The notes beneath the pieces are model-generated. The model ran no database searches, was not told the DNA's origin, and saw only the letters and a list, made by a program, of their open reading frames with translations. A stretch of 60,647 nucleotides of DNA, counting the filler, from Bipalium vagum (Eukaryota), in assembly GCA_037834085.1 (NCBI GenBank). It is 3 parts of 3 records of this genome, joined end to end, with 100 filler letters (N's around TTAATTAATTAA, not from the genome) between each part and the next. Parts side by side here need not be neighbours in the genome. Positions count along the whole stretch, not along the records: positions 1 to 19,508 come from JBBMKC010001619.1; 2 more parts are not named here. One strand, 5' to 3'. The translations under genes and the position numbers were made by a program. This document shows, piece after piece, positions 1 to 12,308 of this stretch. The stretch's first letter is position 1. Every line of letters begins with the position of its first letter.

Positions 1-289
1 GAGCTTTAAAATGATATATAATATTGCGCCAAAAAATATAGTAATAATGAAGCAGTAAAACAATTTCAATTTATTAATAAAACGCTAATAACTTTTGACT
101 CAACCTGGTAAGAGTTTTTATTTGAAAACTATAATTATACTATTGTCGTTTTCTGACAAATTGGATATCTGTTTGACATTAATTTCCTGAATTCCATTTT
201 TGTTTAAAATAGTTTTTTAAAAGAATTAATTTCTTATGAATTTTTAAAGTCAGTAGGTTACTTTTGTGCCACCTTGCATATATATACCA

Positions 290-680
290 CGTGGAGAAAA
301 TAGTGAAAGCACTTAATAATAATATTAATGGCATTTAATTTTCATTATAAGATATAAAAATATACTATAAAAAATACTTGAAACAGACTTAAATACGTAA
401 AATGTTTATTAATAAGGAGTTGTGATGCCACTCGCAAATAAAGCAGATTTTATTCTTCTTGGAATATACTCACAGAAGTGTTGAATGGTGTGAAGTAGAA
501 TATTTCGCTAATCTTCGTGTATAAAAGCTGATAGTTATTCAAGAAACTAAGGAGTACGGAATATTTTTTTCAATTCAGTTTCGACGATGGACCACAATGG
601 TTCCATGACATTCAGACCAGGTGTTTGTAAAGGACAAGGCTGGTGCAGTAGTTCAGATGATAATCTTCAAATCAATCATT
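290..680 (-). mobile_element. Tc1-like transposase 3' fragment (decayed)
   Basis: Minus strand reads ...QTPGLNVMEPLWSIVETELKK... (the SPDLNPIEHLW equivalent) and ends ASGITTPY-stop at ~409, a typical Tc1 C-terminus. Confidence 0.65.
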
Positions 681-756
681 AACATGTTCGACTGAGTTGA
701 TGAGAGATTTGTTGCATCAGTTTTATTAAATAAATTTTTTTCAAAGAAGATAAGCT

Positions 757-2365
757 ACTGTCCATAAAAAAGTTAATGCCTTTAAAATTTCAATTTTTTA
801 TTTATACTATAAAATTAACTATTTTAAAGATAATCAGAAACGGTTTATTGCATGTTGTAAAACATTAGTAATTAAAGCCAGGACACAATTTTAAAATTTA
901 ATTTCATGTAGAATAGTGTTGGGATACAATTTTTAAGTAAAGATGTGTGTTTTTCATTTAATTGTCAGCAGGAACAATCACATTGCTTTAGATATTTATT
1001 AAAGGTTACTTAAGTTTAGATGAAATATAATTGAAATAAGTTTAATAATTTTGCTTAATTATACTTCAAAATGAAATTCGTTCAAACTTCAAATTATTTG
1101 GTTTGAAAATTCCCAAATAAAAAATTTGACTTTTTATTTTTATAATACTGAATTAAGATATTTTTAAACTTCACCATAAAGTATCTTTATCTTATGGCTA
1201 AGAAATACACAGTAATGAATTCAACACATGAAAACCATTCAAAGGTATGTTCATTTCGCGACTCAGAATTTTCCTAAAGTCAGATAAGTAGAATCATTTT
1301 GGAAAAATATCAGTTATCTGTTTCCCATATTGCTGTTCGGAAGATTATTTTAAAAGAATGTACAACTGAGGCTGTATGTAGAACAAAAGGTAGTGGTAGG
1401 CCATTAAAAACGCTCCAAGGAATGTCAGATGTTTAAAAATGTTGACTGAAAAATCCAAAAATATCAACGTTTCCTATCCTCAGAGTTTAAAAAGATTACG
1501 GGTTTCAACATAAGCAAAACGATAATTTATCGTCGATTGCAGACTTTCGAGCTTAGGTTCCATCGATACCGTTGCAAACGTTGTTATCTCCTGCTAATAT
1601 TTACAAAAGATCTCCATTGGTTTAGAATTATGAAAATGAAACATTTAAGTATTGGAGATCAGTGAATTTGTCTGACGAATCTAGGTTTTGTTTATTGTCA
1701 GGTCGACCAGAAATATGTATCAGAAGATCAAATGAAGTCTTCCTACCGGAATGTCTTGCAAAAACATCAAAGTTTAGTGATGGACTTATGGTTTGGAGCT
1801 GCTTCAGCCATTGAAGTGTGAGAGTTCTAGTAAATGTCACAGACAAATGCCGCATGTTGCCAAGAGATTTTGAAAAATGATTTGCTTCAATCTATTTCTA
1901 GGCTGTATCCACATGATGAATATCTATTTCAACAAGATAATGCTCAATGTCATAAAGTAAAGTCGGTGAAAATGTGGCTAGAACAAAATCGATACCTGTT
2001 ATCTCGGTTTGGTCACCACAATCTCTCTATTTCGGTTGAACATATATGGGACTATATTGATAGAAGAATTCATGAAAAGGTATTAGCAACAAAAAAGATT
2101 TATGGGAACTGGTCAGGCCAGAATGGGAAACAATTCCACGAGAGATATAACCTGATTTAGATTATACCAACTCGTTTGAAAGAAGTAATCAAATTGTGCA
2201 GTGGAACTGCAAAATACTGAACATATTTTTAATGTATTGCATTGGTAAATAAATATTCCATAACATGCAAAAATCCGTTTCTGATTATTTTTGAAATTGT
2301 TTGTTTCATAGCAGTTTAATTACTAAATTGTTTGAAATTTTAAGGTTTTAACTTTTTTATATTCC
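757..2365 (+). mobile_element. Tc1-like DNA transposon with ~100 bp TIRs, frameshifted transposase
   Basis: Inverted repeats ~764-860 and ~2260-2360 (TAATCAGAAACGGTTTATTGCATGTT vs revcomp TAATCAGAAACGGATTTTTGCATGTT). Transposase remnants 1228-2220 include GSGRP, SDESRF, MVWSCF, FQQDNAQCH and VEHIWD. Confidence 0.85.
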
Positions 2366-2658
2366 AAACTTGCCAACTAGACCTTCCTCCATTCGATTAT
2401 CATTTGTTCCGGTCGATGGAACACTTATGAGAAAGAAAATATTTCAAAACATAGACAAAATCAAAACTTTGGTTTTCAACTTCTTCAAGTCACAACCAAC
2501 TGAATTCTTCGAGAGAGGTATCAATTGATTATATGGGAGTTAGTGATAGATAATTGACATTGATGGAAAATACATACTGGAAAAATTTGTATTACTCTAG
2601 TTTTCATAATAAATTTTCTTGTTAAAGAAAACGACATTTCAGTTCAACAATCTGATAT
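2366..2658 (+). mobile_element. mariner transposase 3' fragment
   Basis: Reads DLPPFDYHLFRSMEH...FF...EFFERGI...DGKYI, the mariner C-terminal motifs. Confidence 0.7.
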
Positions 2659-2659
2659 T

Positions 2660-3067
2660 AAAAATATTTCCCCATTGTTTTTCTGATCTTCAAGAATCGG
2701 TATCAGCTTTTCCGACATTCCCAAACGAAAGTCCATATCTTTCTCATATAAATATCGTATACTGTGCATCATGTATAGTTTTTAATCGATGACTTATCGT
2801 ATAATTCGATGTGTTTGGTATTTGGATAGATCTGCCTTTCGTGCAACAACTGAACACTGTTTGAAGATTCAATATCCAAAAATTGCTTAACGTATTTAAT
2901 TTTATTTTCTGTTATTTTGGAAGGTCTTCTTGGACCAGCATATTATTGATTTCATATAAAATTTAAATTTCGAATATTACACTTATATTTAAAATAGTTT
3001 GTTACATTTGCTTAAAATCAACAGAGATATTAACTTTTTTGGTATGTGATTTACCGGACACCCTATA
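2660..3067 (-). mobile_element. Tc1/mariner-superfamily 5' fragment (HTH region plus terminus)
   Basis: The terminus TATAGGGTGTCCGGTAAA on the minus strand at ~3050-3067 resembles CAGGGTG-type TIRs. The translation contains RPSKITENKIKYVKQFL...VVARKADLSK, an HTH-like segment. Confidence 0.5.
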
Positions 3068-3130
3068 TTTAAATAACAGTATATAATTCAATAAAACAAT
3101 ATAATTATCATGCTTAATGTTCCAATTTAG

Positions 3131-4141
3131 ATTAATCGTTCTGATGAATTAAATTCTCCGATCTCATTTCACATGTATATTATAATTTCGTTTGCACAAA
3201 GACCAACAAATGAATTAATAGACCATTTTAAGATGGACGAATATATTTCCTATTTCTATTCTGATGGCAGATATCAGATACTCAATGTTTACGTACACAA
3301 TCAAGATGACTATCCATTCAATGTCGACTACGAAGTACCGGTTATCTGCTCAGATGTAAATCATTATATTGTTGAAAAATCAAAGGATAACGTATTCTTA
3401 AATGGGAGGAATACGGCCACATGCAATGTGGAAAAATTCAATACCAATGTCTATGGAATATCTTTTGAACCAACCACAGAAAGTTTATGTGAAGAATTAT
3501 TTATTCAAAACAAGATATCTGAAAAATGTAAATGTTTCGTTGATATTCTCCCCATCAGTGATCCATTTTATCCAGCTGCTAACTTATGTTCAGACAATGA
3601 TACACTTTATAATTGTGTCGAATTAGTTAAGAGGAGTTTTTCAGAAAAAATTGTTTCTCAATGCTTACCACAATGTACGAAAATGAATTATAAGATTGTA
3701 CATAAAACCAGACCCTATTATACATCGTCATTTAGTAAAAAAGTTGAAAGTTTATTTTTTGAGATTGGAAGGTGTGGAGACGACATCGACAGATGCATAA
3801 CATCATTTAATTGTATAATAAATGAATTATTTATAAGATCCACAAATGTCACTTGCAACAACACTCCAAATGATATAACAGAAACACCAAATTTGGATCC
3901 AACAACAACACCAAGTCTTGATTCTAATATAAAATTAAAAAATGAATGCAAGGAAGTTTATGTGATGGTTGAAATGAAAGAAAAGATGAGGGTTTTCACA
4001 GAAAGCCTAGTAGTCGAGATGAACACCCTTTTAAGTCAAATGGGAGGAATATGTGCTTTCTTCACAGGATTAACCTTTACATTAATTGCAGAAATATTGG
4101 AAACCTGCATCTTCTGGATTCATGATAAATTAGAAAATTAG
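3131..4141 (+). CDS. DEG/ENaC (ASIC/FaNaC-like) ion channel, terminal exon
   Basis: The acceptor TTTAG ends at 3130 and the frame is open INRSDEL...LEN-stop. It contains a Cys-rich thumb (CKC...C...C...CLPQC) and TM2 LLSQMGGICAFFTGLTFTLIAEILE, matching the DEG/ENaC consensus LLSDIGGQLGLFxGxSxxTxxE. Upstream exons were not identified in the window. Confidence 0.8.
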   Translation: MNRSDELNSPISFHMYIIISFAQRPTNELIDHFKMDEYISYFYSDGRYQILNVYVHNQDDYPFNVDYEVPVICSDVNHYIVEKSKDNVFLNGRNTATCNVEKFNTNVYGISFEPTTESLCEELFIQNKISEKCKCFVDILPISDPFYPAANLCSDNDTLYNCVELVKRSFSEKIVSQCLPQCTKMNYKIVHKTRPYYTSSFSKKVESLFFEIGRCGDDIDRCITSFNCIINELFIRSTNVTCNNTPNDITETPNLDPTTTPSLDSNIKLKNECKEVYVMVEMKEKMRVFTESLVVEMNTLLSQMGGICAFFTGLTFTLIAEILETCIFWIHDKLEN

Positions 4142-5490
4142 TACATCAATGAATGGAGAATAATTCACGAAGAGGAGATTTGATTTATAAAAAGTACAAT
4201 ATTTTGTTCAACATGTGGTGATTATTATTTTTATGAATATTTGTTTAGTAATATATCATTATTATTATTATTTCTTGCACTGAACTGAAAAAGAAGCCTA
4301 ATGTTTTTCCTTTAAAAGTGATAAATATATTCTCTACTCATTATTTGTGAAGAATTAATATCCTATATTTCTAATGACATTTTTTTTGAGATTTTTGGTT
4401 TTGGACAGGTTCTGAGTTTGTTTATCCATTTTATGAAAACTTAAAAACTATTTTATTAGTTGTGATGATATTAATTGGTATTGAGAATCATTTTATTACG
4501 ATATGTCTCGCTTTATATAAATGAGCTATTTAGAATTTTCAAAATTAAATCTATTTTATTTACGTTCTAACTACAGCAATCAATACTTGTAGCCCTGAAG
4601 AGGATTATTACCTTTTTAATAAATTATTTAGATAAAAATTATTACTTATTTAATATCATAAATTAAAAATTGAAATTTTTTTAAAATTTATTTTATATCA
4701 CCTTTAAAATAATTATAATTAGTCCTTTAAAACAAAACAGGACCAAACCGAATTTAAACCTTTTCACTTGAGCCAGGATTATTTTGAATTATTAGGCTAT
4801 TTGTGTATAAGAATAAAATGTTTAAATTTAAAATTAAGGAACAAAAACAAATATAATGAAAATGTTTCAGCTGAAAAAAGTAAAATATTTTTTATGTACT
4901 TAGAATACATAATTTTATTAAATTTTTATGTTCGTGGAAGATAATAAAAATTATTGACAAATATTTTGACATTTCCATTAGCGTTTAAACATTACATAAA
5001 AGTCACCACTTCCTGATATTGTCTCATCTAGTTTAATACCTTGGAAATGTTATTAGTGCGTTCAAGGGTTTCGTCCATTGAAGAAGACAATTTATGTACT
5101 GTTTCTCACATTATTACTTAATAAATCGAAGCAGGAATGCACATTATTTTTTTAATAATTACGCATTTTGACTGTAAAAAGTGCATTGGGTTTTAATTTA
5201 TTATTTTTTAATAGTGCTTATCATTTATAAAAATTTTCGACTCTAATTCCATAATAATTAATTGGCAGAATATTTGATGAATAAAATTATTTATTAGAAG
5301 CCCCAAAATATTTAAATTTAGCATTAAAGTCTGATAACAGATTATTTTGTGTAAATTTTATAAACTCAACATTTATTTTGGATATAAATATCAAATTTTA
5401 TATTAATAATTATCATAATATTTTATTTATAAAATTATTAAAACAAATACAAGATCAAGATATATTTATATTGAATTATTAAAAATTATA

Positions 5491-6773
5491 TTAGGAGTAC
5501 CCATAAGTAATACATTATTTTTAGTATGCATTGTTTGCTTCATTCTATTATAGCTCAGACCCTGAATATATAAATACGTGTTTTATTACGTTAAATTACA
5601 ATCATTAACCTTGAATATTGATTATAATTAAATTCAAACGTTTTTATTATTCTGATATAAAATGGCGGAGAATAAACCAATTGAGGAACATTTACGTTAT
5701 TGTATACTGTTTCAGTTTCGATCGGATGTTAATGCAACCGTTGCAACAAAGAAGATTTACGATGTGTATAGAGACGTATTAAAAGTCATTAAGTGCCAAC
5801 ATTGGTTTTGAAAATTTTCAAATGGTGATTTTGGCTTGTCTGATAGCGCTCGAACTGGACGCCCGGTAGGGTTTGATAAAGACGCTCTAAAAGGACTGGT
5901 GGAAATGAATCCCAAAATGAGTATCCGGGATATAGCAAAAACTCTTCAAGTTACTTGGTCAACAGTTCAAAGACATCTTAAAGAAATCTGGAAGGTTTAC
6001 AGGTAGCGTATATGGGAGACATCTTTCCTATTGTCGGAGATGAATAAAGATCAACAGCGTACAATCTGCATATCTCTTTTGTGCAGACAAAGAAATGATC
6101 CGTTTTTAAGAAGGATTGTTACTGGTGACGAGAAATGGGTCTTGTACAACAACAAGAAGAGCACCAAGCAATGGCTTTCTCAAAATCAACTAGCCGTACC
6201 CATTCCGAAACCATTCTTCCCTCTAAAGAAGGTATTATTGTGCGTTTGGTGGGATTGTGGTGGCATAATTCATTTTGAACTATTGAAATCAGGAGAAGCA
6301 GTTACGGCTGAATTGTATTGCCAACAATTGAATAGATTACGAAAACAATTGTTCGTAAAACGACCAGGTTTGGTTAACAGAAAATGGGTAATATTGCAAC
6401 ATGATAATGTAAGACCTCATGCAGCAAAATTAACCCAAGAAAAAATAAGGCAGCTAGATTGGGAGGTTTTAACACATCCCGCATATTCTCCAGACATAGC
6501 GCCATCGGATTTTCATTTATTCCTGTTCATAGAACATTCCCTGAAGAATCAAAATTTCAAAAATGCCGATGATGTTCGAACTCACCTAAAATCATAATTC
6601 TCTTCAAAGGATATAGAATTTTATGGCCGGGGAATGGAGACTCTACCAATAAAATGGCAAAAGATCCTAGACAACGATGGACATTATATAATCGATTAAA
6701 AATAGAAATAAATGTATTTAAATTCTTTTCTGTTTTGTCACTTAAATAATTGATTACTTATGGGTACTCATAA
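5491..6773 (+). mobile_element. Full-length mariner element (DD34D), inactivated
   Basis: TIRs TTAGGAGTACCCATAAGTAAT / revcomp TTATGAGTACCCATAAGTAAT with TA on both sides. Transposase 5662-6699 has TGDEKW, HDNVRPH and YSPDIAPSDFHLF (34-residue D-D spacing). In-frame stops at ~6005 and ~6595. Confidence 0.95.
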
Positions 6774-7399
6774 TATTAATATTATTTAATATGCTTATCA
6801 AAAATAGTATAGGTAACAGAATGAATCTTAATTCATGTTAAGACTCATATAAATGATAATGATAACAAAATATCTGCAGTTCCTGAAAATAATTATTGTA
6901 AAGAAATAAAGAAAAGAAAAGTAATACAGAAAAGATCTGGCTATGCACAAATAACTTTCACTTGAGACACTGGAGCTCGTCGTCCATATTTAGTTTACAT
7001 TTTTTGTAGGCTTTTGAACCAACACTTCTGCTCCAAATTATCTCTTTTATTTGCAATACGGTATACCTTATCTCTTTAATAACTTTTCAAATTCATCCAA
7101 ACATTAATTCTTGCACTTTTAATTTAACAATTTTGCTTTTTTCTCTTCCCTCAAAAAACAACCTATTTCAATGTAATTTTTATAAAATACATCTTTTATT
7201 TTATCCTGACCTCAATTTCGTCCTTATTTGTAATCTCCTTAAATGCTCATTACTACCTAACGAGATGCACTCATATTTTATAATTTAACACTTCTTACAA
7301 ATTTGGTTTTGGTGGTGTTAGAAAATAATAGAAAACTTGATATTTATTTATTTTTATACAAATATACATTTAATATTAGAATACATAAAATCTGGAATT

Positions 7400-8380
7400 T
7401 TGCATGCACCGTCAATATTTTGTTTGCTGACCTTTGGATGCAATAACTGCCCGTCCATACCGTGGCATGGAATCCATCAAGCTGCAGGTTTCCTCTGGAG
7501 TGATAAGCTGCCAAGCATTATTTAACTCATTAAATAGTTGCTTTAGACTAATTGGTTTCTTTCCTTGTACCTTCTTAAAGAGAATATTCCATAGGAGCTC
7601 AATGGGATTTAAATCTCGGATTTGGGCTGGCTAATTCAAAACTTCCGCATGTGTGCGAGCAAGAAAGTCAGTGACCAGTTTAACCTTATGACTTGTAGCA
7701 TTGTGGTGTTGAAATGTGTTTATTATTTATTTATTACGACCAAATAATTCTCTTGTCGATGGCAACATTTGATTCTTCAGAACATCTATATACAAATGTT
7801 GATTCATAATCTCAGTGAGTGGAAGAGGCAACCAGCTCCAGCGAAGGACATGCACACTAACACAATGAGTGAGCCTCCTCCAAATTTCACTGTTGGATTG
7901 ATACTGTTGGAAGTACTTTTCATTTTCTCTTCTTCGTACATAGATGCGTTTAACTCCACAAAATAAATTGAACGAGCTCTTATCTAACCATCCATGACAA
8001 GTGGTCAAGAGCGAAAGCTAATCTATTCTTGCGATTAGTTTCTGATAACAATGACTTTCTGACAGCCACCAAACCACGCAATCTAAACTTACAGAGAATA
8101 TATCTCACGGTTTTTGCTGTTACAGAAACTCCGTAGTAATTTTTAATCTCCATTTTTAGTTCAGAGGATGTTAGACGTTGATTTTTGAGACTTGATCAAA
8201 AGAAAGAAAGAAAGAAAGTTAGAAAGACCTGGTCTAACTTTGTCTTTCATAGTACCTGTTTCACGTACTTTCTTCATAATTCTAGTGACTGTTCTGACAG
8301 CAATTTGGAGTTTTTTTGCAATTTGACGACACCTTATTCCACGTTTTTTCATTACTATCACTCTTGTACGTTCATCAATA
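7400..8380 (-). mobile_element. Tc1-like transposase pseudogene
   Basis: N-terminal HTH (RQIAKKLQIAVRTVTRI...G), then MNQHLYIDVLKNQMLPS, FQHHNATSH, DLNPIELLW and the end AVIASKGQQTKY-stop. Multiple frameshifts. Confidence 0.85.
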
Positions 8381-9680
8381 GTTAATTTATGCGATCATAT
8401 CATTTATTAGCAAATATAGTAATAGTATCTAGTATTATTTGTAGTATGAACATTTTAAAGAAAGTAATTTATTGTGATTTAATTATCAATCAAAGCTTTT
8501 ATCTCATACCCACTGAAATTTTTCATGAATTAATTAATCAAAAATCTAAAGGACTTTTATCAATAGTCTACTAAAATTTTTTATCAGTTTTAATCAAAAA
8601 TACTTTTTTATTTTTAAGTTTTCAAAAAATTATATTTTTCTTTCATATGAAAATTAGATAAATAATACAATTCTTTTTCCTAAATAAAATGACCTAAAAC
8701 TTTTTTTCTTATTTCATTTTTCTTCTTGCATCTAGAACCTCTGAGCCTAAGAGCGAGAAGATTTTTATTAATAATAAATATAATTAATAAATTATTTTTC
8801 AATCAATCAGGGATGATATCACACGTTTGTAATTTAAGCTTTATTTTAACAAAAATAAAAGTATTAAAAGTCAAATCGTTCTCTTAATCGTTTTAACTAA
8901 TATCAACGAACGCGCAAATAAGCAACCTTCACACGTTAAGACCTAAACTCAGTAACTCCACTTTTTGATCCATCTTTTAGGATTTTAACATTTTTACTAA
9001 AACCAAAACCAAAGCATATTTTATAAATTACAATCCTGGTTAAAGAAAAATTGTTTTAGAAATAAAATCAAATTATTATAACCTATATAATTTGGACTTG
9101 ATAAGATTTTATGAAATAATTCTGTTTTATCAGAACGGAAAGGATGACTAATTAACATTCTAAATATCAAAGATATTATTTTATGATGGTTAATTTTTAC
9201 TATATTGTTACTGTCTAAGAATTCAGAACAGAAATCACTAATTTATCTAAGTAGTTTTAAGGAAATGTTTTACAATTTCAATAGATTAAACATGTTTCAA
9301 ATTAATAGTGGAGCTTATTTCTTCATTATTACAATTATAGAATTTTTATAAAATATATTAAAATAATAGTTGTCACGCTATCACAAAAATATTATAAAAA
9401 ATAAATCAGCTATTAATAATAATGTGAAAAGAATTACGAAAAAAGTAATTTATTTAATAATTTCTATAACATACAAAATATACAACATAATATCCAATTT
9501 CAATAATATACAAAATTACAAAGTTATTGGTTGCATAAACAATACAATGTAAAACATAAAATACGTAAATATTATTTTATCAGTTTTGAGCAAACTTAAT
9601 ATCGAAAATAAATTTTAATGAGAAAATTTTAATGTAGGAAAGCACTAGGAACATAAGATAATTCTTATCATTTAAAAGTA

Positions 9681-10560
9681 CGTGGTGTGCCCAATAAGTA
9701 CTGAGCCTATCGTAGAAAACAAAAGACGATCACAAAACAATTTTGTATTAATAAAAATGAATATGAACAGGTAATTATTTTTCAATAAAGTTCTTAGAAA
9801 CTTCAAAAAAAATTTTAATGCGAGTGACAAGTTCCGAGAAGACATTTTTGAAGAAATCTGGAGATTTGTCGTTCAGTTAATCAGTGACAGTCTTCTGCAA
9901 ATCGTCTTTTGATGGAAATTTTCTACCTCTTAGTTCCCGCTTGAGGTGTCTGACCAACAAAGAAATCGGAAGGAGCCAAGTCTGGACTGGAGGGAGGATG
10001 TGGGAGCAAAATCAAACCACAATTCTTAATTGCTGTTGTTGACAATCCACTAGTGTGAAAAGGTGCGTTGTCATGCAGATAGTGTCCTAGGTTGTCGCAC
10101 AAGGTTGATATAGTATTCACTGTTGAGATGAACATGTAATTCTGCAAAATCGGTGAGAATAATGCCATTTGCATCTCAAAAATGTAGAACATTAAGGATT
10201 TTGTGTGATGATATCTTCATCTTTCTTGAATTGGTCTCTCCTGGAATTTTCCATTCTTCTTATTCCCTTCTAGACTTCGGAATATAGAGAGATAGAGGCA
10301 TCTCATTCATCGTGATGATGTTATCCAGCATGTGGTCCCCAACACGTTGTAAAGTTTCCAGATTCTATTGGTAGCACTCCAATATTGCACATTTTTTAAA
10401 GACATTTAAAAAAACGCGATTTAACTGATAAACATAAACTAATATATTATAAAAATATCTTACATTCATCTATAATATATTGCACTTTATATAATTATAA
10501 AATTTTTAAATTTACAATAAGCTTTCTACATTAGGCTCACTATTTATTGGGCACACCACG
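9681..10560 (-). mobile_element. Internally deleted mariner element (DD34D)
   Basis: 28-bp TIRs CGTGGTGTGCCCAATAA(G/A)TA(C/G)TGAGCCT with flanking TA. The minus strand encodes HDNAPFH...HPPSSPDLAPSDF with 34-residue spacing. Confidence 0.92.
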
Positions 10561-10629
10561 TAATATTCAAATAAAATATTAGCAAAATTCAGTAGGCAAT
10601 CTTTCAAACTTTTAACAATAAATATTATA

Positions 10630-10730
10630 TACCTATGAAGAAAAGTTAAGAAAACTATTCTGAAACTTTCGGACATGAATTACGAACTTTTCGTCATCCA
10701 CCATATTCTTCAGACTTAGCACCAATATGC
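10630..10730 (+). mobile_element. mariner fragment
   Basis: Reads ELFRHPPYSSDLAP. Confidence 0.6.
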
Positions 10731-11086
10731 ACCAAAGTAATTTAATATTTTATTTTTACTACTGATTTTATTAATCTGATATTTATATTTTAATAAATAT
10801 ATTTCATTATTTCTATTTTTGAGTATTCTTCCCTAAATTTATATATAGATTCTTATTACAATGATTTTTTTCTACAAACATATTATTAGAATAATAATAA
10901 TAATAATAATAATGAGAAAAAAAAGAAAAAGAAGAAAAAGAAAAAAAGAAGTATATGTTTTACAAATTTCATTAACATTTTTCATGAAAAGTAATTTCTC
11001 TCTTATTTTTTTTTGTAATCACAACACAAATTACTTAATTAAATAATGAGAAATTCTAATGAAATTCAAAAAAAATATTTTTGTAC

Positions 11087-11450
11087 CTGTGCAACATGCT
11101 AAGACATAGAGAAAGTCCAACGAATTTCCTAAATCATATGTTGTTGAAAAACCATTTAAATTATATTTTTCTTTAGCATCTTCCACGCTAAAACACTTTT
11201 CATTTATTAGACACTCTTGCTTAGCAACTTCAACATCCGACGTTAAAACACTTTTTACATTTTTGGAGCTGATAAGACTTTTTCTGAAAATAATCCAGTT
11301 AAGATTAAATGAGCAAGACCTTTTCCCGTTAAGATATGGAATTTTACAAAATCCCGGTTCCTTGTCTAAATTTTCTTGAATATCAAGACTCTTTACAAAG
11401 CAGAATAAATAAATAAATAGAAAAATATTTATTATTGAAGGAGTCCTCAT
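11087..11450 (-). CDS. First coding exon of a putative secreted Cys-containing protein (PAN/apple-like spacing)
   Basis: ATG at 11450 is followed by the hydrophobic signal peptide MRTPSIINIFLFIYLFCFVKS and the Cys pattern FCK..SCS..ECLINEKCFS..CC. Likely phase-1 donor ACAG|GTAC at 11087/11086. Downstream exons were not found. Confidence 0.55.
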
Positions 11451-12308
11451 TGAAATGAAATCAATTGTTGATATTTTAAATTTATTTTTCGTTTTAAGAC
11501 TTTTATAACACGATATCCATTAACAATCTACAAAGAAGTAATTCTTTTGTCACTAAATAAATTGATGCAATGCTGTATGAGTGATACAATTGTTTTAATG
11601 TTCGAAAATTTTCTTTTGTTCATTAAATTCTTGAAAACTAAAGTAATGCTTGTGAGATTAATTTTAGGTTGACTAAATAAGCTTCAATTTTCAAGATTCA
11701 ATTTTTCATTTCTATTCCGTGTTTTGTAGACAATTATCGTGATAGGTTGAGATATCTGAACAAATCAGCAAATCGTGAAATTATTGATTGTTAATAATAA
11801 ATGAATGTATTAAATTTTTGGAACCATTTTTTTTAATTTAATTTTAACCTTTACAGAAACAATGTCGATTTTATCAGATGCAATAGTGATTTAATTGATT
11901 GCAACAATAACTTGACCAAATGCGAAATTACTTAATGATATGCAATGCTGTCATGACCACTTGCAACACTGCTTGATAGATCGAAGGCATTATCATTGAT
12001 TTAAAGAAGAAGATGAAACTCGGTTATTTCTATGATCGTAAATATCGGTTTTCTGTATGTTCCACCGAACAGAATGTTCCATGAATTCTTTCAAAGTTAA
12101 AAAATATTCCGAGATGTACAGAAATGCCAACTAATTCAACGCCCTGTGGTTGCTTTTATCCTACAAAATATAATCTTTTACATTATTTAATTTAACTAAA
12201 CTTAGATAATTCAATCTTACATTGGATAGTAATTTTTAAAACCCTACACATTATGTCCATGTTTATAAGTAATTTAAGCAATTAATAGTTTATTTTCAAA
12301 TATATATA

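Noticed and set aside
4590-4620. CTGAAGAG hammerhead-like core
   Set aside because: No stem II closure or GAAA-stem III follows.
6950-7260. Possible gag zinc-knuckle remnant on the minus strand (YCK...QKCWF)
   Set aside because: Too degenerate to support a call.
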